A stretch of 64,000 nt of DNA from Lepidodermella squamata (taxonomy: Eukaryota > Animalia > Gastrotricha), in contig JBLDXI010000017.1 in assembly GCA_047495785.1 (NCBI GenBank), positions 1,488,001 to 1,552,000 of the forward strand, written 5' to 3'. The number at the start of each line of letters is the position of its first letter. Positions within the stretch are counted from its first letter, which is position 1. The notes under the pieces were generated by a model, which saw only the letters and a list, made by a program, of their open reading frames with translations, had not been told where the DNA came from and made no database searches. Both the position numbers and the translations under genes were made by a program. Positions 34,557 to 47,596 of the stretch are shown here, one piece after another.

Positions 34557-35757
34557 ATGACTTCCTCTCGAAAGTTCAACGACCTGCCCTACGACTGTCT
34601 CTATCAGATTTTCGGGTATTTAAGCTACCACGAAATCGCGCAATGTCGACTTATCAGCCGCCAGACTAACGCAGTTTGCCATTCAGTGCTGAGTTCAGGC
34701 GCTGAAAAATTGCGAATTAAATTGAACCGAATTCAGACGAAACTGAAGGGCCAATTACCGCGGCGTGAGTCAGCCAGACGAGGCCACATGGCATCCGATC
34801 TACTCGAGGTTGTCAATTCGGTTGAAAATCGATTCTCAATCATTCGCCTCGCTCTTGATCGCTACCTAATAACTGGCCAGTTGACGTTTTTTCCCGGAAA
34901 AGTGCTCGATGAGGCGTTTCGGATATTGACGCATATCGACAATTTAGCGGCTCCGATTTCTGATGGAAGCCCGCCACCGCCGCCCTTCACTGCGCTGCAA
35001 AAAGTGACTATGCTCCGCGATTTGAGAGACCTTTCTACCATGGCGTCGGAACATATTGATGACGTCATTTTACCGAGTATGAGGCAAAGACCTGTTTCGG
35101 TTGAACCAATGATAAAGCGACTGATTTCGTGCCGATCTCACGCTCACGATTCTGGTAAAAAAAAATATTAAGCTGGATTTTTTAATTTCTTAATTTTTAC
35201 GAATTTTAGTCGCATCCTGTTCACCTGAGAAGAGCAGCGTTGTTCTATCCCCTTTATTTTCTTCACCAAGCACTCCTACTACGTCGAATGCTGCCGCAGC
35301 AAATGACAACGCGTCTACGTCAAATCTCGGACCCGATGATCCTATCCTACGCTTGTGCGGTCTTTTCTTCGAGCAGTTCCGCAGCATGTCCGGTCATATG
35401 GAAGAGCTGAAAAATCAACAGAAACAGGCCAATTCGAAAATTTCACAATTGTGCAACGATATGAATTTATTGAAACGGCAACTTAGCCAGGAGCAGCTAT
35501 TTTCCGCTAGTCTCGCGAAAAAAGTTGAGGTGGCTGAGGGCGCGTTGGCTGAGATGCGTCGATTGACGATGAATTCAGGCGCCGATACAGCCATCCAACA
35601 CGTTTGCGTCGCAGAGCCGGTTAAACAGCAACGGGCTGCGTCGAAGCGTAAAGTCAGCGAAACGGACGCGGGCAGCTCTAGCGGCGGTAAAAAGGCAGCC
35701 AAAAGCGAGCCGTCAGATCTGTCTGGTCGCCGGGTTACTCGAGCCTCTAAATCGTGA
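34557..35757 (+). CDS. FBXO28: FBXO28 orthologue-like full-length copy; exons 34557-35154 and 35210-35757
   Basis: QLPRRESARRGH...VENRFS...FFPGKVLDEAFRIL...LRDLSTMASEH matches the FBXO28 core. Exon 2 encodes a coiled coil and basic NLS-like tail, with no TM. Confidence 0.88.
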
Positions 35758-36186
35758 TTTATAATAAAAACGAACGCTGATTTATTCGCTCAAATTTTTA
35801 CAAGTTTGACCTATAATTTGATGTCTTTGATGAAACTGTTCTCCTTTAAGGTGGCTGCTCATCTCATTTTTTCGAAACTAAACACCAGACCTGATGATCC
35901 ATTTCTTGTCTCTAGCAAATCAGAACTTTTGATATATAATGAATCAATTATTACAGCTGTATGATGGAAGTTATTTGTTGTGGCGTGAACATGTTTTTCT
36001 TGAAATTGGGATGTTCAAAAATAAATCAACCTATAATATGTGCATCAAGAACGGCCAGATTTTTATTATTCGATTCGATTACAAAAGAGCACGATAAACG
36101 GGAAGATTTCGCGAAATAGAAAGCGCAGTTGGTCATCCGGAAATCTCAGCGGGACCTGCGATACTGAACCACCAGGGTTGAAACAA

Positions 36187-38187
36187 TCAAGCCATAGCCG
36201 ATGGCGGTTTAACCTAGAAAAAGCGCGTAAGGTGGAGTTTTGAAAGAACAGAATGAATTACCACAATGGTGAACTGTTTCCGGCTCATCTCAGTGAGCAG
36301 GCGCCGATCAGTGAGGCAGAGCGTGAGAACGCTGACTGCGGCGAGACCTACACCCCCAAAAGCGATGTAAACGCCGAGGCCGAACTCGGGACTGACTGCA
36401 TTACAATCGTACTCTTCTATCAGTAATACGAGCCCATTGATCGCCGAGGCACCTTTTATATCGTTGAAATGTCTCGCTGAGCTTCGTAAAATTAACAAGG
36501 ACTTACACGCAAATAAATTGAGGAAGATAGCGCCTTGGAGCGGCAATCCGTAGGAATCTTCTTTCTTTCGCGCGAACAATATAATGAAGACGAAAAGGGC
36601 GACTATTGCCACGAATTCGCCCACCGCCGCTAGCACCATTAAAGCCTGGACAGTTTGATACCGGATCGGAGTCAAAACTTGAAAAAAATCGGTGAAATCA
36701 ATAATTTTAAAAGACCATAATATACTCACTTGCTCCCGTAACATAGCCTGCAACAATCGGTACAACAGGGGCGCCACCGGCCATTTTCGTTATTTTCAAG
36801 TTGCGATCACCAATATCGATGAAGCCCTTGCGAGTAATGTAATCCGTGGTCACGTTAACCATAATAGCCTGAGTACTGTATAACAACTGAGTCCAGTCCA
36901 ACATCGGATTCGCCTGGTCAATGTCAGTCGCGTTGTAAACTTGGATTATTGATTCGTTCCAGTTACTTAACGTCCAATTATAGGAAATTCCAATAAAATA
37001 ACCTGAAAATAGCAGAACCTAAGCAGGCATTTACAATTAAGGTGACTATTCTAACCTCGGCGAACAAAAAGCCGCTGCCCAGGGTCTATCACATGACCCT
37101 GAAGACCAGTTCCATCGGACTGAATGTCATTGCTTACAATAAAATGATAACGCCGTCCGATTTTTTTCCATAGCGATATCTGAACTGTGCCGGATACATT
37201 CGCGTAAATGTCCCATTGCCGGACGACGCCGTCGCAATCGATTTCAAACTCAGGAAATAGAAATAGGCCGTATCCAGTACCATCAACTGGCTGTATGGGT
37301 AGTTTCCCGTTGACCACTTTCACGATGGACGGAGGGTCCCAAGCCCGACCAACCGTGCAAATTTCCCAGGTCGAACCAGGTAAGCAGCGATCTACATGCA
37401 TTCATTATAATGATTTACCGAATGAAAAACAAAAAACTCACCGGTTGGTGTACATATTGGTGGAACGGTCCAAGAACCATTTATGCAATATGACTGAAGA
37501 GTGTAGTCTCGTGCTCCAACCAAAGAATAATCTCCGTTACTACACGAATAAGTCGTTCGAGCGAATGATATAGTGTCGTATTTGTACGGCGTATCAATTT
37601 TATAAGTGGCGCCTCGAATATCAGGTGGGAGCGGGCAACTTATTGCTAATAAAAAATCAAATTTTATCAAATCAAATTTGACGCGATTATAAATTACCTT
37701 CGAGCGTATTTTCAGTTGGCGCGACGGTTGTGGTAGGAGCTGGAGAAATTGTTTTCACATACCCTGTTCGGTAATAATCCCGGCCAGGTGGTGGCGATAC
37801 AGCTGTTGTTGTAGATGGAGGCATCACCGTTGTCGTAAAGTTGTCCAAGTCCGGAATTTGAAACCGATTTTTTTCGAAATCGAAAAAATTATCGTTGTAT
37901 TTCAACACGTCGTAGCAATAATCAGGCCGTTTTCTCGATTGGAATAAGGTTAGGGAACTCCATGAAGAAGTCGAGTACCACGTGACGTCCATGCAACCCT
38001 GCCAAATGCCGAAGGTGGCTCGCAATTTTCCGGCCGTTTCAATCGCCACGTTGGGCATGTGATCGGCTTCAAAGCTGGCGGCTGGGTCATAGACATAAAT
38101 TAACCAGTCGGGCCGAATGAGGCAATAAACGAAAAGGCCGAGAACGCAGCAACATTGAATAACACCGGCAGCTGCGATTCTCAGCAT
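36187..38187 (-). CDS. Claudin/PMP22-like 4-TM protein with a Thr/Pro stalk, a Sushi/CCP domain and a further domain in extracellular loop 1; about 7 exons
   Basis: TM1 + PDW, FGIWQGC...C signature; Sushi CPLPPDI...YSC...LVG...CINGSWTVPPIC; TM2 YQTVQALMVLAA; TM3; TM4 FGLGVYIAFGG; probable last exon VKPPSAMA*. Some exon boundaries are approximate. Confidence 0.7.
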
Positions 38188-40645
38188 GTCGAAGGTGGGA
38201 TGAAATTCAGGTCAAGGTCCCCGATTTCAGGACGGTTCAGATAATTTCTTCATTAAAAACATTTACTACGCATTAAGAACATAAGTAATTGATGACAAGC
38301 GCTTGAAAACTATTTTTGTCTAAGAGGTTTCAAATCGACGCAGGAGATTTCAGATGGTTATATGATATTCTATTAGGATCAGCAATGAAAACTAAAATTA
38401 GTCAAAGCACCTTGGCAACGCTATGGCAAACGCACCGCTTGTTTCAATACGATTCGGCCAGTGAAAGGGGACCAGTTGCGTTTTTTTTCTGCGCAAGTCT
38501 GGAAAGGTGATGGGTGAAAAAAACGCGACGCCACCTGATTCTATTCATTCGAAACAGCCGCATTGATGTAACCTTTGCTCGTGACGCCAACATCAGCTAC
38601 TGCGTCTCAAGGAATTCGGTCATTTTGAAAAGCAGCTCATTTACGGATATATTCATTTGTTTCTATTCCATTCTCGTTATATTTTCAGAATCACTTATTC
38701 AGTTCCAGAATATTCTGCACAGAACGGAGTGAATAAAAATATTTAAATAAATACAATAAAATGCACCTCTATACCTCAATTTAAATTTTAACCTAATTTG
38801 ATTAATTTATAACCATCCGAATTTTTTCTTAATTTTTTTTTAAGATCTCAACAAATTTTTCTGCTATTTTCCTGCTACTTGGTTTCAATTTAAGCCGGAC
38901 TTCAAGAGTAGTTTTCGAGAATTCTGGAATATTCATATCAAATTCCTTTGAATTATTGGCTTGTATTATTTATTACCCAACAGGTTCAACCCAGGTAATT
39001 CTCAAGGCATATAAAGGTATTCAAATCTATCTTTCTACTTGCATTGTGATGCACTGTAGACTTCCAGGTGTGGGTACTCTAATACGATGCGCGTTATGAG
39101 AGCGCAATAGCCCAATAAAAACGCTATCACCCGCTTCGCCAGGCGCCAGCTATTTTTCATCGACCTTGTCCTGCGTTATACAACACGCAAGGTAGCAGCG
39201 GATATACACTAACTAACAGCGGCTACGGCCAGCATCTTAACACCGCCAGGCAATGAAGAGACCGTGTGCGGCTTCTGTTTCTACACAAGGCATCAGTAAA
39301 TTGATGACTATTTATATATATTCCACCGGAAGAGAACATTATTTGTATTTTCTCAGCAGCGCTGCTGATGCTCGATAATACAAATCAGGTCGTGTTATTA
39401 TTTTCTTTTGCGTTACCACAGTAAAAAGGCAATAAACAGGTAGCGCCTTATACACAGATAAATTGGCCCTTCAAAAAATATTTGAGCTTCTTATCATATA
39501 AAGACTCAAAGGTTTACATGATTTGCGCGTTTACAAGCACGGCATACAAAATAATCTATAGTCATTAGTGTACCTACTATCAATAATCGCTACAACGTAC
39601 GTACATATTCATTTATTTGCTGTACCTTATCATTGCCAAAGCTTCCTTTTCGATGTTTTCCAACAACCGGTATAACCGCAATGTTTTTTTTTCATGAACA
39701 CACTCTGGCCGGTTATTGATGAGGTACGCTATTTAGGATCAAGAGCCTTCGAACCATGACCTCATTCTTAAACTTGAAGATTTTCGCTTTTATTTAGACA
39801 GTGACCCTGTTATGAAAAAGAAGGTAATCATAAACAAACAATTGAAGAGTCAATTGGAAGACATTTTGCTATCTTGTATAATATACTACCGTACCTCTTG
39901 TTGGTTATATAAATACCGTTTTATATTTGCCCAAAAGATTACCAGACCTGTAAACGCGCAGCAAACATGCTCGAAAGTGACGCACGCCAAAAATTGGTGA
40001 TGATGTCTGTCACTCGCAATTACGCGGCAATTAGTTAACCAGGCTTGTTTTTTCCTCAAACACGGCCCTACCGGTATCAGGTATCAGGCTTATATATGTA
40101 TATATATGATGGCTACTAATGTACTTCCGTAATTTATCTTGGGGATGCAATTTAACACGTTCAACGCGACGAGGTATATCATTAATTTTCCATGATAATT
40201 GTCAACTTGGCTATATCGATTGTTGTTTGTCATATTCAAACGATATTAATTTACTGCTGCTTTCCTCGAGCACTTGTTGTTTTCTTATTATACATCGCTG
40301 ATAATAAAAGCTATGAATGGCGTGTGTGACGCCTGCTGGCGGGAGACAAGTGAGAAGAAGATCCATATAGTATAAAACGAGGCCAGCGCGGTAATAGCTG
40401 GGCGCAGAAATTTCGCAACACTTTTTCTTTTATAATATAAAATCGGCATCAATAATGCTAATTTTCGGCGACGATAGCGAGCAAGAGACTGCGCCGAGTA
40501 TTGTTATAATAATATATAATTATTGTAAGAAGGGCGACGATGAATTTTATCCCCATCTTTTGTATAGAATAAAATTGCGAATTTTTATGATAAATCGTTT
40601 TGATATCGCTCTCGATGAGATGCTGCTGGTCTCTGTTAATGACGC

Positions 40646-42630
40646 ATGTTGACCCGTCTCGCTCAAAACTGCCGTTTTTGCTTGTCGCTCAAGCGAAGCG
40701 CTTACCGGCGAATCACCGGTGCAATATTACTCCTGGTCACGTGCAATTTATTGCGAACTTTCCTGGAAATTTCATCGCCGGATGACGACGACGGCGGTGA
40801 GATAACGCCGTCTGTTTTTCCGACGGCTGGCCCCAATCGGCGTAATTTCCACTGCCTCGACGGCTCTCTCCAGCATGAACATTTCACTTACTTCAAGGAA
40901 GCTACGGAAACATGTGGCGAGTTTCTTTCGGCTGAGCTTTTCAACAATCGGTCTTATTTAGGGCAGCAGCAAATTAGAAAAGAGTAAGTCAAAATTGATT
41001 GCTGAGCCCCGAGAAATTTATTGATACTAATTTCTCTCATTTTCGGAGCTTTTTATCTCATCCTATCGAATGTGGGTGAGGTTTAAGGAATTTCTGCGAA
41101 ATCCCCATGTTCTTAAAATGTATTTAAATCGGGAATTATTGCTACTTTTTCCGGAATCTTGGAGCTGGAAGAACAAATTCCGAAAAATTCATTTGGAATT
41201 TTTTTGGAATCTCTCTTAACTTCAAATTTGACCTAATCGAGTAGAATTTGTGTTCCGACAATATCCCGACTATTAGGAAAATCCTTATCAGATTTCATTG
41301 AAAATTATACATTTATTTAGCGAAATTTAATGTCTGGTTCAGCTAAATTGAATAATCAATGCTGGGCATCGCTCTTGAATTCCCGAGAATTAACTCTTTT
41401 TCCATTTTCCCGTTTTTTTCATATAGGAATGACGTATCAATCGTTGTCGAGCTCGAAAATTGGCTCCGTCAACGATATTTTGCCGCAGTGAGGCAAAGTT
41501 TTTCGCCAGCAAACCGCCGTTGCAATTCGCCGAAGTTCATTCAATACTCGTGTGAACCTCGCCATCTTTGCGGCGGTTTCGGCGATAGAACCCGCGGGCT
41601 GGTATCTCTGTTCTACCTCGCCTTGCTTTCCAACCGCGTATTCATCGTTCGATGGCGCCAACCTGTCGATCTCGGCGCCTATTTTTCACTAAATGGCGAT
41701 CTCTACGCCGCAAAACAGTTCCGCTTCAACCATGGCAATAGCGATTCACCGATGGCTGAAAACTTCAAATTCATCGACTCGAAAGACATGAACGCATTTT
41801 CCAGCTTCATTAGCCATCCGAATTTTACCGGAATTTATCGCGACAAAGTCGTTTTATCTGTCGAAACTAATTTACCGATAAACATTTCAAGTGGGGCCTT
41901 GGAAAACGATCATTTCCTCCCGGCAGCTTGTCATTACTTCAACGAATTCCCGCGAATAGAGGAGGTGACAGCTTCCAATCTGTTTTCAGCTGCCTTGCGT
42001 ATTGTTTTAGGGAAACCGACCCAGAGGCTTAACTATGAATTCGATGCTTTCATCTCCCGAATCGTTTATCCAGCCGTGAAAAACCAGTCCGAACGGGCTG
42101 AGTTGTGGCGAAAGGCGTTTAAAGTCGGCATTCAAATGCGATTCGAACGGCTTGATTGGTCTGAAAACCCGGCAAATCGAGTGTCTAACGACCAAATCGA
42201 TTGTTTTGTCGACGAAGCCCTTCGAATAATCGACGATCAAAATCTGCCGAGTGACCATGACGTTTTCGTGTTTGTCACCAGTTCGGACAACCAAGCGACT
42301 GATCAAGTAGTTCGAGACATTTCGAAGAGGCGGGATTCACGACGAATTCGGGCATTTGCGCTTACCATGGCTCCTGTAGTCCATGTCGATCGATATTTCT
42401 GGTCGCCGACGATAGAAAACAACCTCAATATGACAAAGCGGGATTTGCTTCGTGGCAACACCAAGGTGGTGCTTGATTGGTATTTGTTGACGCAGATGGA
42501 TAGACTTGTTGTCAGTCAGAGTTCGTTTGCCACAAGTGCTAGCCTATTTTCGATGGCACCGACGCAAATATTCGATCACGCATATCGAAATCATTCGAAA
42601 AAGTGCAAATTTTATAGCCGTGCTGTATAG
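40646..42630 (+). CDS. Type II membrane glycosyltransferase of the fucosyltransferase-like (GT-B) superfamily; exons ~40646-40983 and ~41428-42630
   Basis: N-terminal signal anchor; GGFGDRTRG, GIQMR, VFVTSSD and DWYLL...SQSSF resemble the conserved motifs of alpha-1,2/alpha-1,6/O-fucosyltransferases. Confidence 0.7.
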
Positions 42631-45600
42631 AGAGTACATTTTTTGAATCTTTCTTTTGTAAACCTCTTACATCATCATAACTAATGCTACTTTATATTGC
42701 TACGGAAACAATTTGATTGAATAAAAAACGATCGACATTTTAATGCTTTTTTGTAATTCGGGGGAAAAATCGAAGGTAATTACGATATAAAAGGTTTTCG
42801 AGTAGATATATTAGCAATCGCATATAAAAAAATTGTACACGCCTCGAAAAAATTGTACACTCCGCAATTAAAAAAATGCGCATTGCGCATTGATTAATTT
42901 TTTGTTATATCGAATATGGCTGTTTTTTCATCAAAAGGGGCGCCGCGGAACTCTGCTCAGATAAATCTTAATGCTGTATTACCACGATTTGAGAGTCATG
43001 CCTCCTTAAATTTTAATGCAAACATGCCACTATAATTGGGCCATTTCGAAATGGGTCAAAAACTATGTTTCACTTTATAGTGCGGCCTGTCACTCAAAGT
43101 ACGGTAATACGGTAGATTTTCTCACAAATTCCTCTCTTATATATTCCCTGACAAAAGAAATTGGAATGTTTATATAAATATTTTATGAAAACAGGAATAA
43201 CAATTACGCGTGAATTATTTTGAATTTTTTTATTTCAAATTTTATGGCGACTGGCTCCGTTTTAGCGTGACCTATTTATTTGGCACACCCAAAAACGCGA
43301 GTATAAAATTTGCTGAAAATAATAATTTCCATAGTCTTATAGACTCAATCAATCATCATCATATCGAGCTAATAACAGTAGCATATAGGACGCGGCATAA
43401 ATCTGTGCGTATAAACTTTTCGCCGCCGAGCGACGTATATATAGCGAAGATAACGGGCGCACGATACGCGTGTTGCATGATGATCCCGAAACGATCGTTC
43501 AGTTTTGCCGCCGTCGTGTCGTATCGTGCGATTTAATAATCAAGTAAATAAAATTATATCGACCAAATTTTACGCGCTCTCAGTATTCAGTATATAACTT
43601 TCTATTATTACCTCGAGATTTTCCGCGCGCCGGCTCTTTACAATACCATATCTCGATATATAGAAGGAACACAATATATTGACGGCTTCCTGTTCTCCTT
43701 GTCTTCTCTCAGTAACATTTTCAATTATTATTTCTCGATAATTTACAATACAAAACGAAATTGGATAAAGCTTCAGACTTCAGTCTACGAGGGGTCACTC
43801 GTTCGTGTGGCCGGCCTGTCTTTGTTGAATGATTGAGGCTTTTTAGGTGTCGAAAATTTGACATGCCCTTCGCCTCAACTTCTGGTATACCTCTCAGTAC
43901 ACTTTATCGACATCTTGCGTGTGGCGATGTAATTATTTCAGATTTTTCAAAAACTTTCATGACATTTATTCATAAAAAATGTTTGTTGTCCGAAAAGTTG
44001 TTGTTTATTCGGTACAATTAGCCGGGCGCAAATAACAAAACCGGTCAGCGGGGGGATATTTTTATACCTATGCCCACTACTTGTTATACGGGGCGTGTGA
44101 CTCGGGAATAATTCGTGCGCTGTAAAAATGTGTATATTTATTCGGTGTAATAAATTATATCCCGCAGAAAAATCGGCACACGCGCGCAGCTTTTGGCACG
44201 ATGATATATCGAGCGTGTATCGTTATATTTTTTAGGTTTTCAATTATCCAATATATATAACAATATCTACGAATACGTGCGTATAAGCGAGTGTACTTTT
44301 CCGCCTGGTATAATGCTCTCACCTTAATAGCAGCACGCGCGCACAGCTTTGACGGGTGAAAACGTGCGCGTAATAACGAAATACATTATCATTATCATTC
44401 ATAATATAATGATCTTGATTCGTACGCGCCTCAGATCGCCGCCTTCCTGTTGTAGTAGTAATACACACAGACACACACAGCTCGCATTTTTGGCAAACAA
44501 TTTTTTTCCTGGCGTGCGCTCGCTGCTCAAGCTCTGCGAAACCCGATTTATTACCAGGCACGCGCGTTCTTGCTCTCGCCTATTTACATTGTTCACGTCG
44601 CATATGTAGTATATTCGTATATCAGCGAAAACTAGGCTTTTTTCCCTATACAAGAAGAATTATAATAACGAGTATTATTTTATTATTATCACGCTTTCGG
44701 TGCATTTTTTGTCCACGTGTAGCATAAAGCCCATTGTAGCATTAGCGAATAGGGTTTCGCATACATTTTAAACATGGAAATATTACATAATAACCACGAT
44801 ATATATCGCGCGATATATTTTTTGTATAATAATAATAAAATAGAAGTACGCCAGTCATCGCCGGCAGAGTGCCAAATTCGTGTGTTCGTATCAAATAGTA
44901 CTTATAATGGTTGTAGTAGAATCGCATCGGTCATTCTGCTCTTCGCCCATGTGTGCAAAAATAATAGTATAACAGTAGGCGAGCGGCAATTGGTGCTTGT
45001 TCAATAAATCTATACGCGATTTCATTCTTCGTAATATTTTTACAACAAAAATCCGCCGTAATTCAGCTCACCCTACTTGAGACCATTTTCGCTTCGTGAA
45101 GCTCGCTCTTTATATATAGGAATAAACGAAAATAAGAATGGAAAATTTTCGTTATTGCCAGACAGAAATTATCTACGTTCTGTACAACAATCATTTTACT
45201 TGATAAATATAATATCGGCCGGTACCGCCGCCGATAAATTTCTCGGCCCAACCAGACGCGACACACTTTTTCGACGCACGCGCGGCCTTGGCCTCATACT
45301 CCCGACGATAAACGCGAAATGGCTACAATGTATCGCCTTATACTATAAGCAAGTATATAATATATATTCTAGAGTGAAAATGGCGATACACACGCTTTGC
45401 TGGTATCGCGCTGGCCCCTTTTGTGGTCACCCTACTATATTTATAACCTGCGCGCGCTTTTCCTCTTCTAGCGCGCATAGCCGCAAAACCTGCGCCGAAA
45501 GCTCGCTTTAATGGCTTGTTCCTAAGATATCTAATATTATAAACCCTGCAGTCGTCGCCTTATTTTGATAATAGTAATAATATGAATGTAAAAATAATGC

Positions 45601-47596
45601 GTCGCACCCTTTTTATTTTTATATATTACTATAACTATTTCTCACTCAGTCGCGTCCCCCCACACAACAAACTTCCGGCGTGAAACGCCGTCTGGCAGCC
45701 TCCACTAGGTACCTATAACACATTGTTCTCGTCCGCCAGTCCCACCATTCATCGGTCGCCGGGCCGAATTTTTAAGGTGGCATTGTTCTAGAAACGGCGT
45801 CTTCATCTTGAAAAATCGCCGAGCAATTTGCTGTTGTTGAACAATTTTCGTGTACATTTTACAGCAGCTGCAGGTTATAGTGTTTTACCATCATCGCATC
45901 GTCTCTATAAAACAGGCGACAACAGTTTTCTCGCAAGCGACATTAAAACCTCGTTGTGTTTACCAATTATACATTGGCCACAGGCCTGTCGCGCGCGGCT
46001 TTGTTTGCGGCTATTTAAAAACCAATTATGAAAAATGGCCTTGACGTCGCTGCTTTCGGCCCTTGACTTTTGTCACAAAATGCCAATTTTTGCAAAATAC
46101 CATCATTTACGCGACTCTCATTATTTATTAAAATCACAGCCATATAATTTATCGCCAAAGTTTATAATTTTTCCATTGTTATTCGGCAGCACAAGTGTTT
46201 TCTCATAACTTTATATTGTTGTTGTTGTTATGCGATTTTTACCTGTGATAGACTTTGCTAAATACGGTATTTCAATTAGCAATTTTTTACCGACTAATCT
46301 TTTCGCCCCGAAGCGGGTAAAATGATGTTTTAGTGCGTGTTTTTTACGCAATAATCCGGAATTTCCTACATCAGGTGCAATCCATGTTCTTGCAATTAAA
46401 CTTACACCTGTACACGACTTGTGGAAATGTTTTATTTATTTTTATTACTTTGGCTTGGTTTTTCAGAAATACGATGTGTGACCTCTCAAGCTCGCGGCTA
46501 TTTTTACATTAGAATATTATTACACTCTAGTGCGTCTAATAAATTTCTCGCCGCACACCTTAAAACTTGGTGCGTGCTGCACATGTGAGGTTTATGGATA
46601 GTGGGAGTGCGTGTAAGGTGTTTCACCTTTTTCCTCCCCACTAATTATTATTCCAGTCATTAGCTTTTGACCACACTTGCTTACCTTTTACACGCATGTT
46701 TGACTAGAGCTCGAGTGCAGGACGACGTTGCCAAAAACACGACGAAGCTCGGCCAATTATCGAAGCCGACAAAGCGGATCGAAAATTCTCTTGTTTCTTC
46801 TTCCTCTAGTTCTTCTTCTTTTGCTCTCACTCGTCTTGCCGTAGTCGTACTCGTCGTCATAATCATCGTCGCGGCCTAAAGACTGAGAAGCCAGTAGGCC
46901 GCAAAACACACTCATCGAAACGGCCGAGCGATTTATCGATTCAATGGGCAGCGCGCATCTCGCTTTTTATTTATATTATTTTTTTGTATGTTTATTTTTC
47001 CCCTTATTATATTATTATTAATGTTTTGCCCTCTCTCCTGTTTTGAGAACAATAATAGTAATATATTGAAAAATACTCGAAAATACAGAGAAGACACATC
47101 GTTGTTAAAAACGAGAGGGAGAGATAAATTTGCTGCTGCTCGCCTCACGCTTATAGTATCTCTATCACATAATCATCAGCTTCATCGGCAGCTGCATTTG
47201 TGTTGTTTTTCGCCGCGGTTTATCAAACTAACTTGCAAAAGATACTCGTCGCAAAAACAACAACAATATAATGCAGTAAAGCAATAAATAAGTGCACTCA
47301 GGAGTCGCGCGGCCGCCCTCGCGGCGAACTTAATCTGAAGCTATGATTCCGCCAATTTTTTAGGATAAACAACACATATTTTTCTATCGCCCACTGATTT
47401 TTCCAATGCCAGCACTGGTATTTAGTTATTATGTTAGTTATTTTTTGTATTAAGGTGGAATTTTCGAAATTACCATTATTCATTCGTTTTTTCCACAATT
47501 CGAATCTCAACCAATTTTCTTTATTATTTTTTAATAGAATTTAAGAAGTTGAAAATGAGTCGCCTGTTTCCACCCGACCACGTTTGAATTTAAAGT

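Noticed and set aside
42700-47500. Many short 60-144 aa ORFs
   Set aside because: Low-complexity composition, no motifs and no coherent exon chain; treated as non-coding.
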